Below, in pieces: positions 8,758-21,538 of a stretch of DNA of 64,000 nt. The first letter of the stretch is position 1; each line of letters begins with the position of its first letter. Source of the DNA: Pseudomonadota bacterium (GTDB lineage Bacteria > Pseudomonadota > Alphaproteobacteria > Micavibrionales > UBA1664). Under the pieces are notes generated by a model. It was not told where the DNA came from. It saw only the letters and a program-made list of their open reading frames with translations, and made no database searches. The translations under genes were made by a program, and so were the position numbers. The stretch is from positions 14,200 to 78,199 of the forward strand of contig RFNZ01000007.1 of assembly GCA_009926935.1 (NCBI GenBank). Reading direction: 5' to 3'.

Positions 8758-10746
8758 ATGCGCGTATCCGTCCTTCCTGCCACGGCTGTCGATAAAGCCT
8801 ATACCTATGCCGTGCCCGCGGGCATGGATGCGCCTGCCGTGGGTACTTATGTTGAAATCCCTTTGGGCCCGCGCAAGATTTTGGGCTGTGTATGGGATGA
8901 TGCGCCGGATGATGTGCCTGCAACCAAGCTTAAAGAAATATTGCAGATATTCGATACTGTGCCGCCAATGGCAGATGCACAGCGTCGGTTTATCGAACGT
9001 GTTGCCGCCTACACGGTTTCTGAGCGTGGCGAAGTACTGAAAATGGCGCTGTCCGCGCCTAAGGCCCTCACTGGCAAGCGCAGTATCAAGAAAATCGTGG
9101 CACCTTGTGCCAACCCCAATATAACCCGCGAGGGGGCTGTATTGACGCCTGAGCAAGCGAGTGCTGCCGAACGGTTATGCGAAGCCGTACGGGCAGGGGC
9201 CTATAGCTGTACGCTGGTGGATGGGGTTACGGGCGCGGGTAAAACCGAGGTGTATTTTGAAGCCGTGGCGGAAGCATTGAAGCACGGCAAACAGGTGTTG
9301 GTGCTATTGCCTGAAATCGCACTTTCTAATTCTTTTCTTGGGCGTTTTTCCGAACGCTTCGGGTGCCTGCCTGCCCTCTGGCACTCGGGCTTGACTGAGG
9401 CTCAGCGCAAAGCCACTTGGAAGGCTGTTGCCACAGGTGACACAAAAGTTGTAATTGGCGCGCGCTCCGCATTGTTTTTACCGTATGCGGATTTAGCCGT
9501 GATTGTGGTTGATGAAGAACATGACGGTGCCTTCAAGCAGGAAGACGGTGTGCGTTACCACGCCCGCGATATGGCCGTATTGCGTGGGCATTTGGCAGGG
9601 CATGCGGTTGTATTGGTCTCAGCCACGCCATCACTCGAGACATTCCACAATGTACGTGGACGGCGGTATGATGTTGTGCATCTGCCTGATCGTTACGGCG
9701 GGGCCCGGTTGCCCGATGTATCGCTGATTGATATGCGCAAAAATCCGCCTGAACGCGGAAACTTCATTTCGCCGCCTTTAAACGCAGCGATTGCCGAGTG
9801 CTTGGCGGCGGGTGAGCAATCACTGCTGTTTTTGAACCGGCGGGGCTATGCGCCTTTAACGCTGTGCCGCGCGTGCGGGCACCGTATCGAATGCGGTCAG
9901 TGTTCGGCTTGGATGGTTGAACACAGGCAATCCAAACGCCTTTCTTGCCACCATTGCGGCACGTCACAGCGCATGCCCGATAAATGCCCCAAATGCGGGG
10001 CGACTGACAGCCTTGTGCCCATCGGCCCCGGCGTTGAACGCATTGCTGAGGAAGTGCGCGATATGTTCCCGCAGGCGCGGACGCTCGTGCTGGCCAGTGA
10101 TACAGCGGGGGATGATGGGGCAGCACTGCACCAAGCCTTGGAGGCCATCCGTAGCCAGTCGGTCGATATCATCATCGGCACGCAGATTATCGCAAAGGGC
10201 CATCACTTCCCCAAGCTGACTTTGGTGGGTGTGGTGGATGCCGATTTGGGCCTTACCGGCGGGGATTTGCGTGCGAGCGAACGCACATGGCAGTTATTGC
10301 ACCAAGTGGCTGGCCGCGCTGGACGGGAGGCCGCGATGGGCCGCGTTTTGTTGCAAACCTTCATGCCTGAAAACCGCGTCATGCAGTCGCTCTGCGTGCA
10401 TGACCGCGATGCGTTTGTAGCCGTGGAACTTGAAGAGCGTGCGCAGGCCCACATGCCGCCTTACGGGCGATTGGCTGCCATTATTTTATCGGGTACAAAC
10501 CCAGCCGTAACCGAGGCCGCCGCAAGGGCCTTGGCGCAAGCCGCGCCGACTGCCGAGGGTCTTAGTATTCTGGGTCCTGCGCAGGCAGCGATTTATAAAC
10601 TACGCAACCACTTCAGGTGGCGGCTGTTGTTGAGCGCGGACAAGGCATTCCCGATGCAGGATTACATCCGTGATTGGCTTTCAAAAACAAAAGTACCGTC
10701 ATCCGTCCGCGTGGCGGTGGATGTTGATCCATATAGATTTCTTTAA
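8758..10746 (+). CDS. priA: Primosomal protein N' (replication restart helicase PriA)
   Basis: Walker A DGVTGAGKTEVY, DEEH box VVDEEHD, and the Cys-rich zinc region CRACGHRIECGQCSAWMVEH...CHHCG...CPKCG. Confidence 0.92.
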   Translation: MRVSVLPATAVDKAYTYAVPAGMDAPAVGTYVEIPLGPRKILGCVWDDAPDDVPATKLKEILQIFDTVPPMADAQRRFIERVAAYTVSERGEVLKMALSAPKALTGKRSIKKIVAPCANPNITREGAVLTPEQASAAERLCEAVRAGAYSCTLVDGVTGAGKTEVYFEAVAEALKHGKQVLVLLPEIALSNSFLGRFSERFGCLPALWHSGLTEAQRKATWKAVATGDTKVVIGARSALFLPYADLAVIVVDEEHDGAFKQEDGVRYHARDMAVLRGHLAGHAVVLVSATPSLETFHNVRGRRYDVVHLPDRYGGARLPDVSLIDMRKNPPERGNFISPPLNAAIAECLAAGEQSLLFLNRRGYAPLTLCRACGHRIECGQCSAWMVEHRQSKRLSCHHCGTSQRMPDKCPKCGATDSLVPIGPGVERIAEEVRDMFPQARTLVLASDTAGDDGAALHQALEAIRSQSVDIIIGTQIIAKGHHFPKLTLVGVVDADLGLTGGDLRASERTWQLLHQVAGRAGREAAMGRVLLQTFMPENRVMQSLCVHDRDAFVAVELEERAQAHMPPYGRLAAIILSGTNPAVTEAAARALAQAAPTAEGLSILGPAQAAIYKLRNHFRWRLLLSADKAFPMQDYIRDWLSKTKVPSSVRVAVDVDPYRFL

Positions 10747-12632
10747 TTGAGTGTACTTGGCACGCGGCGTAGAGTTTCGCGCCACCAGGAGGCTGACTGG
10801 TAGTAGCCTATCGCTTCATCCTCCAGTTTGGTGTTTTCGTTTTTCATGCGTTCTTCCGCAGGCCATGAAAGTTGGTCGATTTTCTTTTTCGGAGAAAGAA
10901 CGGTGATTGTATCGTTTTTAACGAGCGCTACCTTTTGGTAGTTGCTGATGAAGGCGTGGGGTATCTCGTCGTCGTCATGCATCAAATCCTCGCCGTAAAA
11001 TTTGCTGCGATATTTAAAGTTGAGTTGGCCTAGCAAAATGGGAGCCACATCAATCTGGCTTGCGATCGCTTCAAAACGCTTTGGTTTGATAAAGCCAGGG
11101 GCATAGAAAATCATGGGGATGTGGTATTTGTTGGGGGCGAGTTCCACCTTGCCGCCGGCGCCTGCCGTGTGGTCGGCGACAAACACAAAAACCGTATCCT
11201 TGAACCATGGTTTGTTTTTCGCGAATTCTATCAGCTTACCCACGCTGTAGTCGGCGTATTTAACGCCGCCCGTGCGGCCTGTACCTGAGGGGATGTCGAT
11301 ACGGCCATCCGCGTAAGTGTAGGGGCGGTGGTTGGATGTGGTCATGATGAGTTGCATGAAGGGTTTGCCTGCGGCGACGGATTTATCGGCCTCTTTGACT
11401 GCGCGGGCAAATACGTCATCATCGGGGATGCCCCAGACATTGGCAAAGCTGTATTCCGATTTATCGAACGCGGTGCGGTCGATGACGTTGAAACCGTTGC
11501 CAGCAAAAAACGCGTTCATGTTATCGAAGTAGCCGTACCCGCCATACAGGAAGGTCGTATCGTAGCCGCGATCACGGAACACGAAACCTAGCGAGAATAA
11601 GTTTTCATTCCCGGGGCGACGCACGATGGATTGACCCGGCGTTGGCGGTACCGAAAGCGTAACAGCCTCAAGACCCCTTACGGTGCGTGTGCCTGTGGCG
11701 TAGGCGTTGGCAAAAAACAGCCCTTCCTTCGCTAGCCTATCGAGATTGGGGGTAAGATTTTCTTCGTTACCGAAGCTGCCCATGAAATCTGCGCTCATAG
11801 ATTCCATGACAACCAAGATGACGTTTTTATGTTTTTCTGGCCCTTTGGGGTTGATGATGCGGACTAAATCGCCGTTTTCATCCAGCAAATCTTCATTCTC
11901 GTAAAAGAGGCCGCGGGCGATTTTTTTGGCCTGTTCAGGGTCGCGCTGGGCATAGAAGCGATCGTAGCTGATTTCGTTGTGCCAGAAGGCATAAAAGAGG
12001 TTGTAGATGCCGCTCGCGGCAATTTCACCTGCTTCGGCGTTGTCCGAATAGGTGGCCTGTGCGGTTGATGATGCTGCGTAAAGACCGATTGTGAGTAGTG
12101 CATAAATGCCGAAGGCTGCTGCGCGCATTGAAAAACGGCTGTCCGTATCCTGCGTTTGGATTTTGCGCACAGCCCAAGTAAGGGCGGCGGCCACGATACC
12201 GATGGCGGTTAGCAGCGGGGTGAGGGGGTAGGATTCAACGATGTTGCCTATGACTTCCTGCGTATACACAAGGTAATCGACGGCGATGAAGTTGAAGCGG
12301 GTTGAAAACTCGGTCCAGAAAAGATGTTCGGCCACGGCATCGAATAGCATCACGTAAATGAATATGAAGCGCAGCGCGTGTTCGGCAAAGGTGCCCAGGC
12401 GGGTGGCCCAGTACTTCGCTGGCATGGCCAGTATGATGAGAGCGATCGGTATAATGACAAAAGCTGCCGTTACAGCGTCCAGCCACAGGCCACGCGTTAT
12501 GATGTTCAGGATGTCATAGGCCGTGAGGTCTATATCGAAACTGCTGCGGATCATCAGCGTCAGGCGGACGAGAAACTGGATAATCAGGAAAAATGCGGCG
12601 TAAGGGGCCAGTCGGCGAAAGAAGAAGGGCAT
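10743..12632 (-). CDS. LTA synthase / phosphoglycerol-transferase-like membrane sulfatase-family protein
   Basis: Multi-TM N-terminus followed by an alkaline-phosphatase/sulfatase fold (VILVVMESMSADF, TSNHRPY, VFVADHT). Confidence 0.8.
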   Translation of the reverse strand: MPFFFRRLAPYAAFFLIIQFLVRLTLMIRSSFDIDLTAYDILNIITRGLWLDAVTAAFVIIPIALIILAMPAKYWATRLGTFAEHALRFIFIYVMLFDAVAEHLFWTEFSTRFNFIAVDYLVYTQEVIGNIVESYPLTPLLTAIGIVAAALTWAVRKIQTQDTDSRFSMRAAAFGIYALLTIGLYAASSTAQATYSDNAEAGEIAASGIYNLFYAFWHNEISYDRFYAQRDPEQAKKIARGLFYENEDLLDENGDLVRIINPKGPEKHKNVILVVMESMSADFMGSFGNEENLTPNLDRLAKEGLFFANAYATGTRTVRGLEAVTLSVPPTPGQSIVRRPGNENLFSLGFVFRDRGYDTTFLYGGYGYFDNMNAFFAGNGFNVIDRTAFDKSEYSFANVWGIPDDDVFARAVKEADKSVAAGKPFMQLIMTTSNHRPYTYADGRIDIPSGTGRTGGVKYADYSVGKLIEFAKNKPWFKDTVFVFVADHTAGAGGKVELAPNKYHIPMIFYAPGFIKPKRFEAIASQIDVAPILLGQLNFKYRSKFYGEDLMHDDDEIPHAFISNYQKVALVKNDTITVLSPKKKIDQLSWPAEERMKNENTKLEDEAIGYYQSASWWRETLRRVPSTLN

Positions 12633-12730
12633 ATTCGGCTAATCCTACTGTTTCATTCGGGTCATTTAGCAAATGAATTGGGGCGATACAAAGGCAGGGC
12701 CTGTTGACGCCTGCTGCAAACAGTCACACC

Positions 12731-13558
12731 ATGTTTGTCATGGGTGTCGATTTCAAGAACACGGACTGGAAGAATCAGTTGTTCCCAAAGCGGGGTAATC
12801 TGCCAGAGGACCTGACGGCATTCGACATCCTTAAATCTTTTGCCGTCGTGCTTATGATCATTGATCATGTGGGCTGGCTCCTGTTCCAGAATATCGAGTG
12901 GTTTCGCGTGCTGGGGCGCCTCAGCGTACCAATATGGTTTTTCCTGATCGGGTATTCCTATACACGGCAGGTTCCGTGGCGCTGGTATGCGGCGGGGGTT
13001 ATACTGGCTGTTTCCAGCATGGTTGTCGGGCTAGATCCGCTTCCGCTTTCAGTACTCTTTACCATGGCAATTATTAGATATGTGCTGGAGCCTGTCTGGG
13101 CCTTTATGTCTGAAAAGCAGGCGTATTTCTGGTGGTTTGTGCTGCTTTTGGCGTTCTTTGGTTATGTCAGCGACATGTTTATCGAATACGGAACAATGGG
13201 CCTTTTGCTGGCCCTTGTCGGATATTTGTTCAAAAACAGGCACGCTTTGTTTGAGGACGAGGGCGAATCGATCTCCCGGATATTTGCGGTTGTGGCTTTG
13301 GCCGCATTTGGGGGTATGGAGCTACTGAAATTCGGGTTTTCCATGCTGCCGGCCATGGTGCTGGCGGCTGGGCTTATTGGCATCTACTTTGTTCTTGAAG
13401 GGTTTAAGGGCGAGACACTCGCCGGCAGCGCCCAAAAACCCCATGCGCCGCTTCTCAAATTCATGGGACGATACAGCCTTGAAATCTATGTCCTGCACCT
13501 GTTGATTCTTAAGGCAGTTTTTGGCCTGAAAATGCTTGCCGGAGGCCTTATAGGCTGA
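12731..13558 (+). CDS. Polytopic membrane protein, TraX-like / acyltransferase-like
   Basis: Hydrophobic throughout. FDILKSFAVVLMIIDHVG resembles the TraX-family N-terminal signature. The start is uncertain (TTG 12704 versus ATG 12731 or 12740). Confidence 0.45.
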   Translation: MFVMGVDFKNTDWKNQLFPKRGNLPEDLTAFDILKSFAVVLMIIDHVGWLLFQNIEWFRVLGRLSVPIWFFLIGYSYTRQVPWRWYAAGVILAVSSMVVGLDPLPLSVLFTMAIIRYVLEPVWAFMSEKQAYFWWFVLLLAFFGYVSDMFIEYGTMGLLLALVGYLFKNRHALFEDEGESISRIFAVVALAAFGGMELLKFGFSMLPAMVLAAGLIGIYFVLEGFKGETLAGSAQKPHAPLLKFMGRYSLEIYVLHLLILKAVFGLKMLAGGLIG

Positions 13559-13662
13559 ATCCCGAAATAGCCTGAAAAAATACTGTCCAAAAAGGTTGAT
13601 TGCCCAAAGTCCGTATGCTACACGGGGCACGACGAAAAATTGGCAGAGGTAACGGGTTTACG

Positions 13663-14214
13663 ATGGCTGTTGGACAGGTTGCTCAGAGATACGCGAAGGC
13701 TTGGTTGGATGCCGCCCGCGAGAAAAAGGCTCTTGAGGCTGTGGCGTCTGATTGCCAGTCCCTCCTTTCCATGATCAAAAACAGTGCTGATTTTTCAGCC
13801 TTTCTTGCATCTCCGCTGATTTCACAGGCAGATCAGGCCAAGGCCGTTGCCGCTATTGCCAAGCAATCAAAGTTTCATGAGGTCACGGCATCGCTGTTGG
13901 CTGTGCTGGCTGATAACCGTCGTCTTCCGGCTTTGCCTGCCGTGCTTGAGGCTGCAAGGGCCATGTTTGATGCGGCGGCTGGTACCGTTAAGGCTCAGGT
14001 CATTTCAGCGACTGTCCTTGATGAGGGCCGTATTACAGATATCCGTGCCCAATTGAAAAAGAAAATGGGCGTCGAAGTTGCCGTTGAGTCCAAAGTTGAT
14101 CCGTCGATCATTGGTGGGCTTATCGTCCGCGTCGGATCAAAGATGATTGACGATTCAGTAAAAACCAAGTTGGACCGCATGGCACGCCGCCTCTCGGGCC
14201 GTAATGCTGCTTAA
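13663..14214 (+). CDS. atpH: F1 ATP synthase subunit delta (OSCP)
   Basis: The MAVGQVAQRYAKAWLDAA start and ...GGLIVRVGSKMIDDSVKTKL end are typical of AtpH, and it sits directly upstream of atpA. The upstream ORF-track start at 13600 is unlikely. Confidence 0.85.
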   Translation: MAVGQVAQRYAKAWLDAAREKKALEAVASDCQSLLSMIKNSADFSAFLASPLISQADQAKAVAAIAKQSKFHEVTASLLAVLADNRRLPALPAVLEAARAMFDAAAGTVKAQVISATVLDEGRITDIRAQLKKKMGVEVAVESKVDPSIIGGLIVRVGSKMIDDSVKTKLDRMARRLSGRNAA

Positions 14215-14238
14215 AAGATTTTTTGACTGGAGAAGTGT

Positions 14239-15783
14239 ATGGAACTGAAAGCCTCTGAAATCTCGGCAATCCTGAAAGACCAGATTGCAAACTTCAACGC
14301 GATGGCGGATGTAGCCGAAGTCGGCGTCGTTTTGTCCGTCGGTGACGGTGTTGCCCGCGTGTACGGCCTTGACGGCGTTCGTGCTGGCGAGATGGTGGAA
14401 TTTCCCGGCGGTATCAAAGGGATGGCCCTTAACCTTGAAACCGATAACGTGGGCGTTGTTATCTTCGGTTCCGACCGCGATATTAAAGAGGGCGACATTG
14501 TGCGCCGTACCGGCGAGATTGTTTCCGTGCCTGCGGGCCGCGGTATGCTTGGCCGTGTGGTAGACGGCCTTGGTAACCCGATTGACGGCAAAGGCCCTCT
14601 TAAAGACGTAACGATGACCCGCGTCGAGGTGAAAGCCCCCGGCATTACACCCCGCCAGTCAGTTAAAGAACCCATGCAGTCCGGCCTCAAGGCGCTTGAT
14701 GCGCTTGTGCCTGTTGGCCGTGGCCAGCGCGAACTGATCATCGGTGACCGCCAGACGGGTAAAACCGCTGTTGCTCTTGATGCCATCCTTAACCAGAAAA
14801 CGATCAATGCATCGGGCGACGAAAAATCGAAGCTCTATTGCATTTATGTCGCTATCGGCCAAAAACGTTCTACGGTTGCGCAGCTTGTGCGTTCGCTCGA
14901 AGAACGTGGCGCGATGGAATATTCCATCGTTGTTGCGGCGACCGCGTCCGATCCTGCGCCTATGCAGTTTTTGGCCGCCTATACGGGCTGCACGATGGGC
15001 GAGTACTTCCGTGACAACGGCATGCACGCCCTTATTGTATATGACGATTTGTCCAAGCAGGCTGTGGCTTACCGCCAGATGTCCCTGCTGCTGCGCCGCC
15101 CACCGGGCCGCGAGGCTTACCCTGGCGACGTTTTCTACATTCACTCGCGCTTGCTCGAGCGTGCTGCGAAAATGTCCGACGACAAGGGCGGCGGTTCGCT
15201 CACGGCACTTCCTGTCATCGAAACACAAGCCGGTGACGTTTCCGCATACATCCCGACCAACGTGATTTCGATTACGGATGGGCAGATATTCTTGGAAACA
15301 GGTTTGTTCTACAAAGGCATCCGCCCTGCTATTAACGTCGGTCTTTCGGTGTCGCGCGTCGGTTCCGCCGCTCAGATTAAGGCGATGAAGCAGGTTGCAG
15401 GTACCATCAAGCTTGAGCTCGCACAGTACCGCGAAATGGAAGCGTTCTCGCAGTTCGCATCCGATCTCGATGCTTCGACCCAGAAGCTTCTTGCACGCGG
15501 TTCGCGCCTCACGGAACTTCTGAAGCAGCCTCAATACAGCCCGCTTGCGGTTGAAGAACAGGTGCTTGTGATTTTTGCTGGCGTTAAGGGTTACCTTGAT
15601 GCGCTGCCTGTCAAAGGCGTTGGCGCATTCGAGCAAAGTTTGCTGCGCGATGCACGGGCTGGTGGCACGGGTAAGGCTATTCTGGATGAAATCCGGAGCG
15701 CCAAAGCGCTTTCGAAGGACCTTGAAGCCAAGATGCATGAATACCTCAAGGCATTTTCGGCCAGTCAAGCCAAAGCTGCTTAA
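14239..15783 (+). CDS. atpA: F1 ATP synthase subunit alpha
   Basis: Walker A GDRQTGKT and full-length alpha-subunit similarity (ILKDQI..., [23 protein letters not shown]). Confidence 0.97.
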   Translation: MELKASEISAILKDQIANFNAMADVAEVGVVLSVGDGVARVYGLDGVRAGEMVEFPGGIKGMALNLETDNVGVVIFGSDRDIKEGDIVRRTGEIVSVPAGRGMLGRVVDGLGNPIDGKGPLKDVTMTRVEVKAPGITPRQSVKEPMQSGLKALDALVPVGRGQRELIIGDRQTGKTAVALDAILNQKTINASGDEKSKLYCIYVAIGQKRSTVAQLVRSLEERGAMEYSIVVAATASDPAPMQFLAAYTGCTMGEYFRDNGMHALIVYDDLSKQAVAYRQMSLLLRRPPGREAYPGDVFYIHSRLLERAAKMSDDKGGGSLTALPVIETQAGDVSAYIPTNVISITDGQIFLETGLFYKGIRPAINVGLSVSRVGSAAQIKAMKQVAGTIKLELAQYREMEAFSQFASDLDASTQKLLARGSRLTELLKQPQYSPLAVEEQVLVIFAGVKGYLDALPVKGVGAFEQSLLRDARAGGTGKAILDEIRSAKALSKDLEAKMHEYLKAFSASQAKAA

Positions 15784-15806
15784 GGGAAACGGGAGAGGGT
15801 AGGGCC

Positions 15807-16691
15807 ATGCCCAGCTTGAAGGAATACCGTAACCGCATTGCTTCCGTGAAATCGACACGGAAGATTACGTCGGCCATGAAAATGGTTGCGGCCTCGAAGT
15901 TGCGCCGTGCGCAGGAAAATGCGCAGGCAAGTCAGCCTTATGCCTCGGCCATGTCGGCCATGCTTTCGCGTGTTGCCGCCAATCTTGTTGTATCGCCAAA
16001 CCTGCCCAAGCTTTTGATTGGCACAGGTTCGGAGCAGACTCATTTACTCATCGTCATGACGGCTGATCGCGGCCTTTGCGGCGGGTTCAACGGTAACCTC
16101 GTGCGTTTTGCACGCCAGCAGATCCGTGACCTTACTGCTGCGGGTAAGACCGTGAAAATCGTGACGGTTGGTCGCAAAGCTCGTGACCTTCTGCGCCGCG
16201 ACCACAGAGATAAAATTATTCATTCGGTCACTGACCTTGGCACCAAAGGCAAAATCGCCTTTGGAGAAGCCGATACAGTTACTGCCTACGTGCTCAGCCA
16301 GTTTGATGCGGGCTCGTTTGATGTGTGCACGCTGATTTACAACGAATTTAAAAACGTGCTGGTACAGAAACCTTCGGCGGCGCAGCTTGTGCCGTTCCGT
16401 CTGCCCGAGGTTGGCGCCAACGACAATTTGCCAAAAGTTCCGTACGAGTTTGAGCCTGAGGAAGACGCGCTTCTGGCACGCCTTCTGCCGCAAAACCTTT
16501 CGGTACAGATCTACCGCGCCATGCTGGACAGCGCGGCCGGTGAGCAGGCCGCCCGTATGACGGCGATGGACAACGCAACACGCAACGCAGGCGACATGAT
16601 CAAGAAACTGTCGCTCTCGTACAACCGTGCGCGTCAGGCGTTTATTACCAAGGAGCTCATCGAGATTATCTCGGGGGCTGAGGCAGTTTAA
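15807..16691 (+). CDS. atpG: F1 ATP synthase subunit gamma
   Basis: [37 protein letters not shown]-terminus and [15 protein letters not shown]-terminus. Confidence 0.95.
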   Translation: MPSLKEYRNRIASVKSTRKITSAMKMVAASKLRRAQENAQASQPYASAMSAMLSRVAANLVVSPNLPKLLIGTGSEQTHLLIVMTADRGLCGGFNGNLVRFARQQIRDLTAAGKTVKIVTVGRKARDLLRRDHRDKIIHSVTDLGTKGKIAFGEADTVTAYVLSQFDAGSFDVCTLIYNEFKNVLVQKPSAAQLVPFRLPEVGANDNLPKVPYEFEPEEDALLARLLPQNLSVQIYRAMLDSAAGEQAARMTAMDNATRNAGDMIKKLSLSYNRARQAFITKELIEIISGAEAV

Positions 16692-16706
16692 TGAAAAAGG
16701 GATTCA

Positions 16707-18240
<1,534 letters not shown>

Positions 18241-18245
18241 TCATC

Positions 18246-18644
18246 ATGGCTCAAACCTTCAAATTCGAACTTGTATCACCTGAGGAAAAACTAATTTCCG
18301 AAGATGTCGCTATGGTGACTGTACCGGGTGAAGAGGGCGTGTTTGGTGTGCTTGCAGGCCATTCACCTTTGTTGTCATCATTGAACATGGGTGTTGTTGA
18401 GATGCGCCGCGATGAGGCTTCGCAGCCTCGTCGTATTTTTGTCTCCGGCGGGTTTGCCGATGTGGGGCCTAAGCACTGCACCGTGTTGGCGCAGGATGCA
18501 ACAGACCTCACTCTTGTCGATGTCACGAAGCTTGAAGCCGAGATTACGAAACTTCAGTCTGATGCGCTTGCCGCCGAAGGGTTTGAAAAAACCCGTTTAG
18601 AGGCCCGACTTGCCGTAGCACAGGCTAAGCGCGCGGCGCTTTAA
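18246..18644 (+). CDS. atpC: F1 ATP synthase subunit epsilon
   Basis: 132 aa, with an FKFELVSPE...VPGEEGVFGVLAGHSPL N-terminal beta-sandwich, directly after atpD. Confidence 0.9.
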   Translation: MAQTFKFELVSPEEKLISEDVAMVTVPGEEGVFGVLAGHSPLLSSLNMGVVEMRRDEASQPRRIFVSGGFADVGPKHCTVLAQDATDLTLVDVTKLEAEITKLQSDALAAEGFEKTRLEARLAVAQAKRAAL

Positions 18645-18698
18645 TTTTAACGTTTTTCATAAATTGAATTTTATTTTGCGGATCTGTATAAGGCCCGT

Positions 18699-19523
18699 AT
18701 GTCACTCCATGCAAAATTTGATGATCGTGTTTATGCGTGCACCGAGCATTTCGGTGTGTTCGATCTGGATGAGACACTTTTTCGGCACTGGGATGGGCTT
18801 GATGACAATATCGGGGCTGTGGTTCGTGATGTTTTGGCCTTAGAGCTTAAAGAACGTGGCATCACGGTTCGAGAATCCGAGATTGAGGATATTACCGAGG
18901 AGTCCTATGCGCATCATGGGCTTCCCATGTGGCTGGCTTCGCAGCGATGGGGTATTGACCACGCCATTTTGCATCGCCGGTATCATGTGGTCACTCTTGA
19001 TCGCCATGTTCTGCCAGAGCTCCCCGAGCGTATAGAAGAAAAGGCGGATTTTTATAGAACCCTGCGCGAGCAGCTTCAGGAAGCTGTTTCTCTCGATATG
19101 AAGTTTGGTGTGCTCACCCATGGTTGCGATACATGGGGCCGGGTCATTCCGGAGGCGCTTGATATAGCCAAGTACATGACCCTTATGCGCGGGATTGATA
19201 ATTACGGTAGCCGCCGCAAATGCACGAATCCATGCCTTTACCGTGATTTCCTAGGGGATGCCGGGTTTGCCGGGCATATAGCGGGGAATACGTTCATGGC
19301 TGAAGATAGGGCCAAAAATCTAATCGTGCCTGCCCGTATGGGCATGGTGCCGTATCTGGTTGGCGACAAGAGGCCTGACTATGCCGCAGAATACGGCATT
19401 ATCCATTATCCGGATGTCAACTATGTGCTGGCTGAGCAGATACGTTTCCGCCGTCAATGGCTCAGGGTTGTGGAGATGCAAGATAAGATACGTCTTTTTG
19501 TTCCGCCACGCTTCGCCATTTGA
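18699..19523 (+). CDS. HAD-superfamily hydrolase (pyrimidine 5'-nucleotidase-like)
   Basis: HAD motif I is VFDLDETLF. Later GVLTHG and AEDRAKN segments are consistent with motifs II and III. Confidence 0.6.
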   Translation: MSLHAKFDDRVYACTEHFGVFDLDETLFRHWDGLDDNIGAVVRDVLALELKERGITVRESEIEDITEESYAHHGLPMWLASQRWGIDHAILHRRYHVVTLDRHVLPELPERIEEKADFYRTLREQLQEAVSLDMKFGVLTHGCDTWGRVIPEALDIAKYMTLMRGIDNYGSRRKCTNPCLYRDFLGDAGFAGHIAGNTFMAEDRAKNLIVPARMGMVPYLVGDKRPDYAAEYGIIHYPDVNYVLAEQIRFRRQWLRVVEMQDKIRLFVPPRFAI

Positions 19524-19555
19524 CAGTTGGGCTGCGGCAGCGCATATCACTGTTT

Positions 19556-20542
19556 ATGAGAGATTTACAGGCCATTCGGGCGCAGCTTGGGTCCCAGTAT
19601 TCCGATACGGTGTGGGAGGGGCTTGCGCCGTACATCGAAAGCATTAATCGCCTCAAGCGCGAACGCAATGCCGTCGTTCTCGCGCATAACTACATGACGC
19701 CTGATATTTACTACGGCGTGGCCGATATTGTAGGCGATAGCCTGAAGCTGGCCGTTGAGGCGGCCAAAACAGATGCGGCCGTGATTGTGCAAGCGGGCGT
19801 GTACTTTATGGCCGAGACATCAAAAATTCTTTGTCCCAATAAAACCGTGCTGATGCCGGATATGGATGCGGGTTGCTCGCTCTCGGAATCCATTACAGGG
19901 GCTGATGTGCGGCTGCTGAAAGAGAAATTCCCCGGTGTGCCTGTGGTAACTTACGTTAACACCAGCGCCGAGGTTAAGGCGGAGAGTGACGTGTGCTGCA
20001 CATCGGGCAATGCCGTGAAAATTATCAAGGCGCTTGCGGCCGAGGGGCATAAGACGGTCTTGATGATCCCTGATGAGTATCTGGCCATGAACACGCAGGC
20101 GCAGGTGCCGGAAGTCAAAATCCTGACATGGCGCGGCAAGTGCGAAGTACATGAGAGGTATACGGCAGAGGATGTTGCGGATATCAAATCCCGCTATAAG
20201 GGCGATATTTACGTGATAGCCCACCCTGAATGCCATCCCGACGTTATTGCCATGTCTGATTACAGCGGGTCCACCGCCCAGCTTCAAAACGTGATTGAAA
20301 CCAAGCAGCCGCGCCGTGTGCTTTTGATTACCGAGTGTTCGATGGGCGATAACCTGCAAACGGCCAACCCCAAGGTTGAATTTGTAAGGTCATGCTTTTT
20401 GTGCCCGCATATGAAGCGCATCAGTTTGCCCAAAATCCTCAAATCCCTTCAAACCATGACGACGGAAGTAACCGTATCTGGGGAAATCATCGTCCGTGCG
20501 CGTCGATCGGTTGACCGGATGCTGGAGTATAGCCGCGCATGA
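19556..20542 (+). CDS. nadA: Quinolinate synthase
   Basis: Contains [21 protein letters not shown] and HPECH motifs. The ATG at 19556 is favoured over the TTG at 19520, which overlaps the upstream gene. Confidence 0.9.
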   Translation: MRDLQAIRAQLGSQYSDTVWEGLAPYIESINRLKRERNAVVLAHNYMTPDIYYGVADIVGDSLKLAVEAAKTDAAVIVQAGVYFMAETSKILCPNKTVLMPDMDAGCSLSESITGADVRLLKEKFPGVPVVTYVNTSAEVKAESDVCCTSGNAVKIIKALAAEGHKTVLMIPDEYLAMNTQAQVPEVKILTWRGKCEVHERYTAEDVADIKSRYKGDIYVIAHPECHPDVIAMSDYSGSTAQLQNVIETKQPRRVLLITECSMGDNLQTANPKVEFVRSCFLCPHMKRISLPKILKSLQTMTTEVTVSGEIIVRARRSVDRMLEYSRA

Positions 20543-21369
20543 TTACGGGGATCCCTGATTTTTCCGCGCTTCTGAATCTCGCGCTGGCTGAGGATATTGG
20601 CGCGGGCGATGTTACCAGCCTTGCGACTATCCCCGCGGCGGCGGTGGCCAAAGCCGATATGGTCTTCAGGGGTTCGGGCGTTGTTTGTGGGTTGCCGCTC
20701 GTTGAGGCTGCCTTTAAGGCTGTTGACCCTGCCCTTGAAATAACTTTTTACGCCAAAGACGGCGATAGGGTTTTAAGCGGCGCGCGCGTGCTTCGCGTGG
20801 CTGGCAATGCGCGGCCGATTCTGGCCGCTGAGCGCACGGCGCTTAACTTTATCCAACGGCTTTCTGGTGTTGCCACTGAAACACGCAAGCTTGTTGATGT
20901 GATTGCCGATACCAAAGCTCGGCTGACCGATACACGTAAGACAACCCCTGGTTGGCGCGCGCTTGAGAAATACGCCGTGCGCTGCGGGGGTGGAGTTAAT
21001 CACCGCATGGGGCTTTATGATGCCGTCCTTATCAAGGACAACCATGTGGCTGTGGCTGGCGGTGTTGGACTAGCGCTTGCGGCGTGCCGCGAAACCCCCG
21101 GAAAAATCGAGATTGAAGTCGATACGCTTGAACAATTGCGTGAAGCCTTGGGGGCAGGGGCCAAATATATCCTGCTCGACAATATGCCACCTGCAGTTTT
21201 GAAAGAGGCGGTTGCCATCAATGCCGGAAGGGCTGAGCTTGAGGCATCGGGCGGAATAACACCGGCCACCATAAAGGCTGTGGCCGAGGCCGGCGTTGAT
21301 GTGATCTCGGTCGGATGGATAACGCACTCGGTGCCTGCGCTGGATATCGGACTTGATATCGATCTGTGA
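20539..21369 (+). CDS. nadC: Nicotinate-nucleotide diphosphorylase (carboxylating)
   Basis: [43 protein letters not shown] overlap with nadA. Confidence 0.92.
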   Translation: MITGIPDFSALLNLALAEDIGAGDVTSLATIPAAAVAKADMVFRGSGVVCGLPLVEAAFKAVDPALEITFYAKDGDRVLSGARVLRVAGNARPILAAERTALNFIQRLSGVATETRKLVDVIADTKARLTDTRKTTPGWRALEKYAVRCGGGVNHRMGLYDAVLIKDNHVAVAGGVGLALAACRETPGKIEIEVDTLEQLREALGAGAKYILLDNMPPAVLKEAVAINAGRAELEASGGITPATIKAVAEAGVDVISVGWITHSVPALDIGLDIDL

Positions 21370-21538
21370 ATGGTGTTGCAGGTTATCAACAAAAAGTTTC
21401 CTTTCTGATGTGCATTTTGCATTTTTGTCATTGTCTAAAATCAAAAATGTGAGAGGCTTATAAGTGTACGCGGTTCAAGTCTGACTCGTCCCTTGAGTTC
21501 TAGAGCCGCGTGTAGAAAGGCTTCTTTAATTTATCGTC

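Noticed and set aside
13600-13662. Long start for atpH (MPKVRMLHGARRKIGRGNGFT...).
   Set aside because: The basic, non-conserved extension precedes the canonical delta-subunit N-terminus, which starts at the ATG at 13663.
14659-15858. 399-aa minus-strand ORF covering atpA. Similar cases are 16666-17928 (420 aa, opposite atpD) and 30381-31382 (333 aa, opposite the CASDH gene).
   Set aside because: These are shadow ORFs antisense to strongly supported conserved genes. Their translations are Arg/His/Cys-rich with no motifs, as is typical of open antisense frames in GC-rich coding DNA.
21370-21538. Possible lysine riboswitch or tRNA-like element upstream of kamA (GAGAGGC..., and a GGTTCAAGTC T-loop-like string at 21472-21482).
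   Set aside because: I could not build the L-box helices or a cloverleaf. The sequences flanking the T-loop-like string are not complementary. A covariance-model scan would settle it, but nothing visible supports it.
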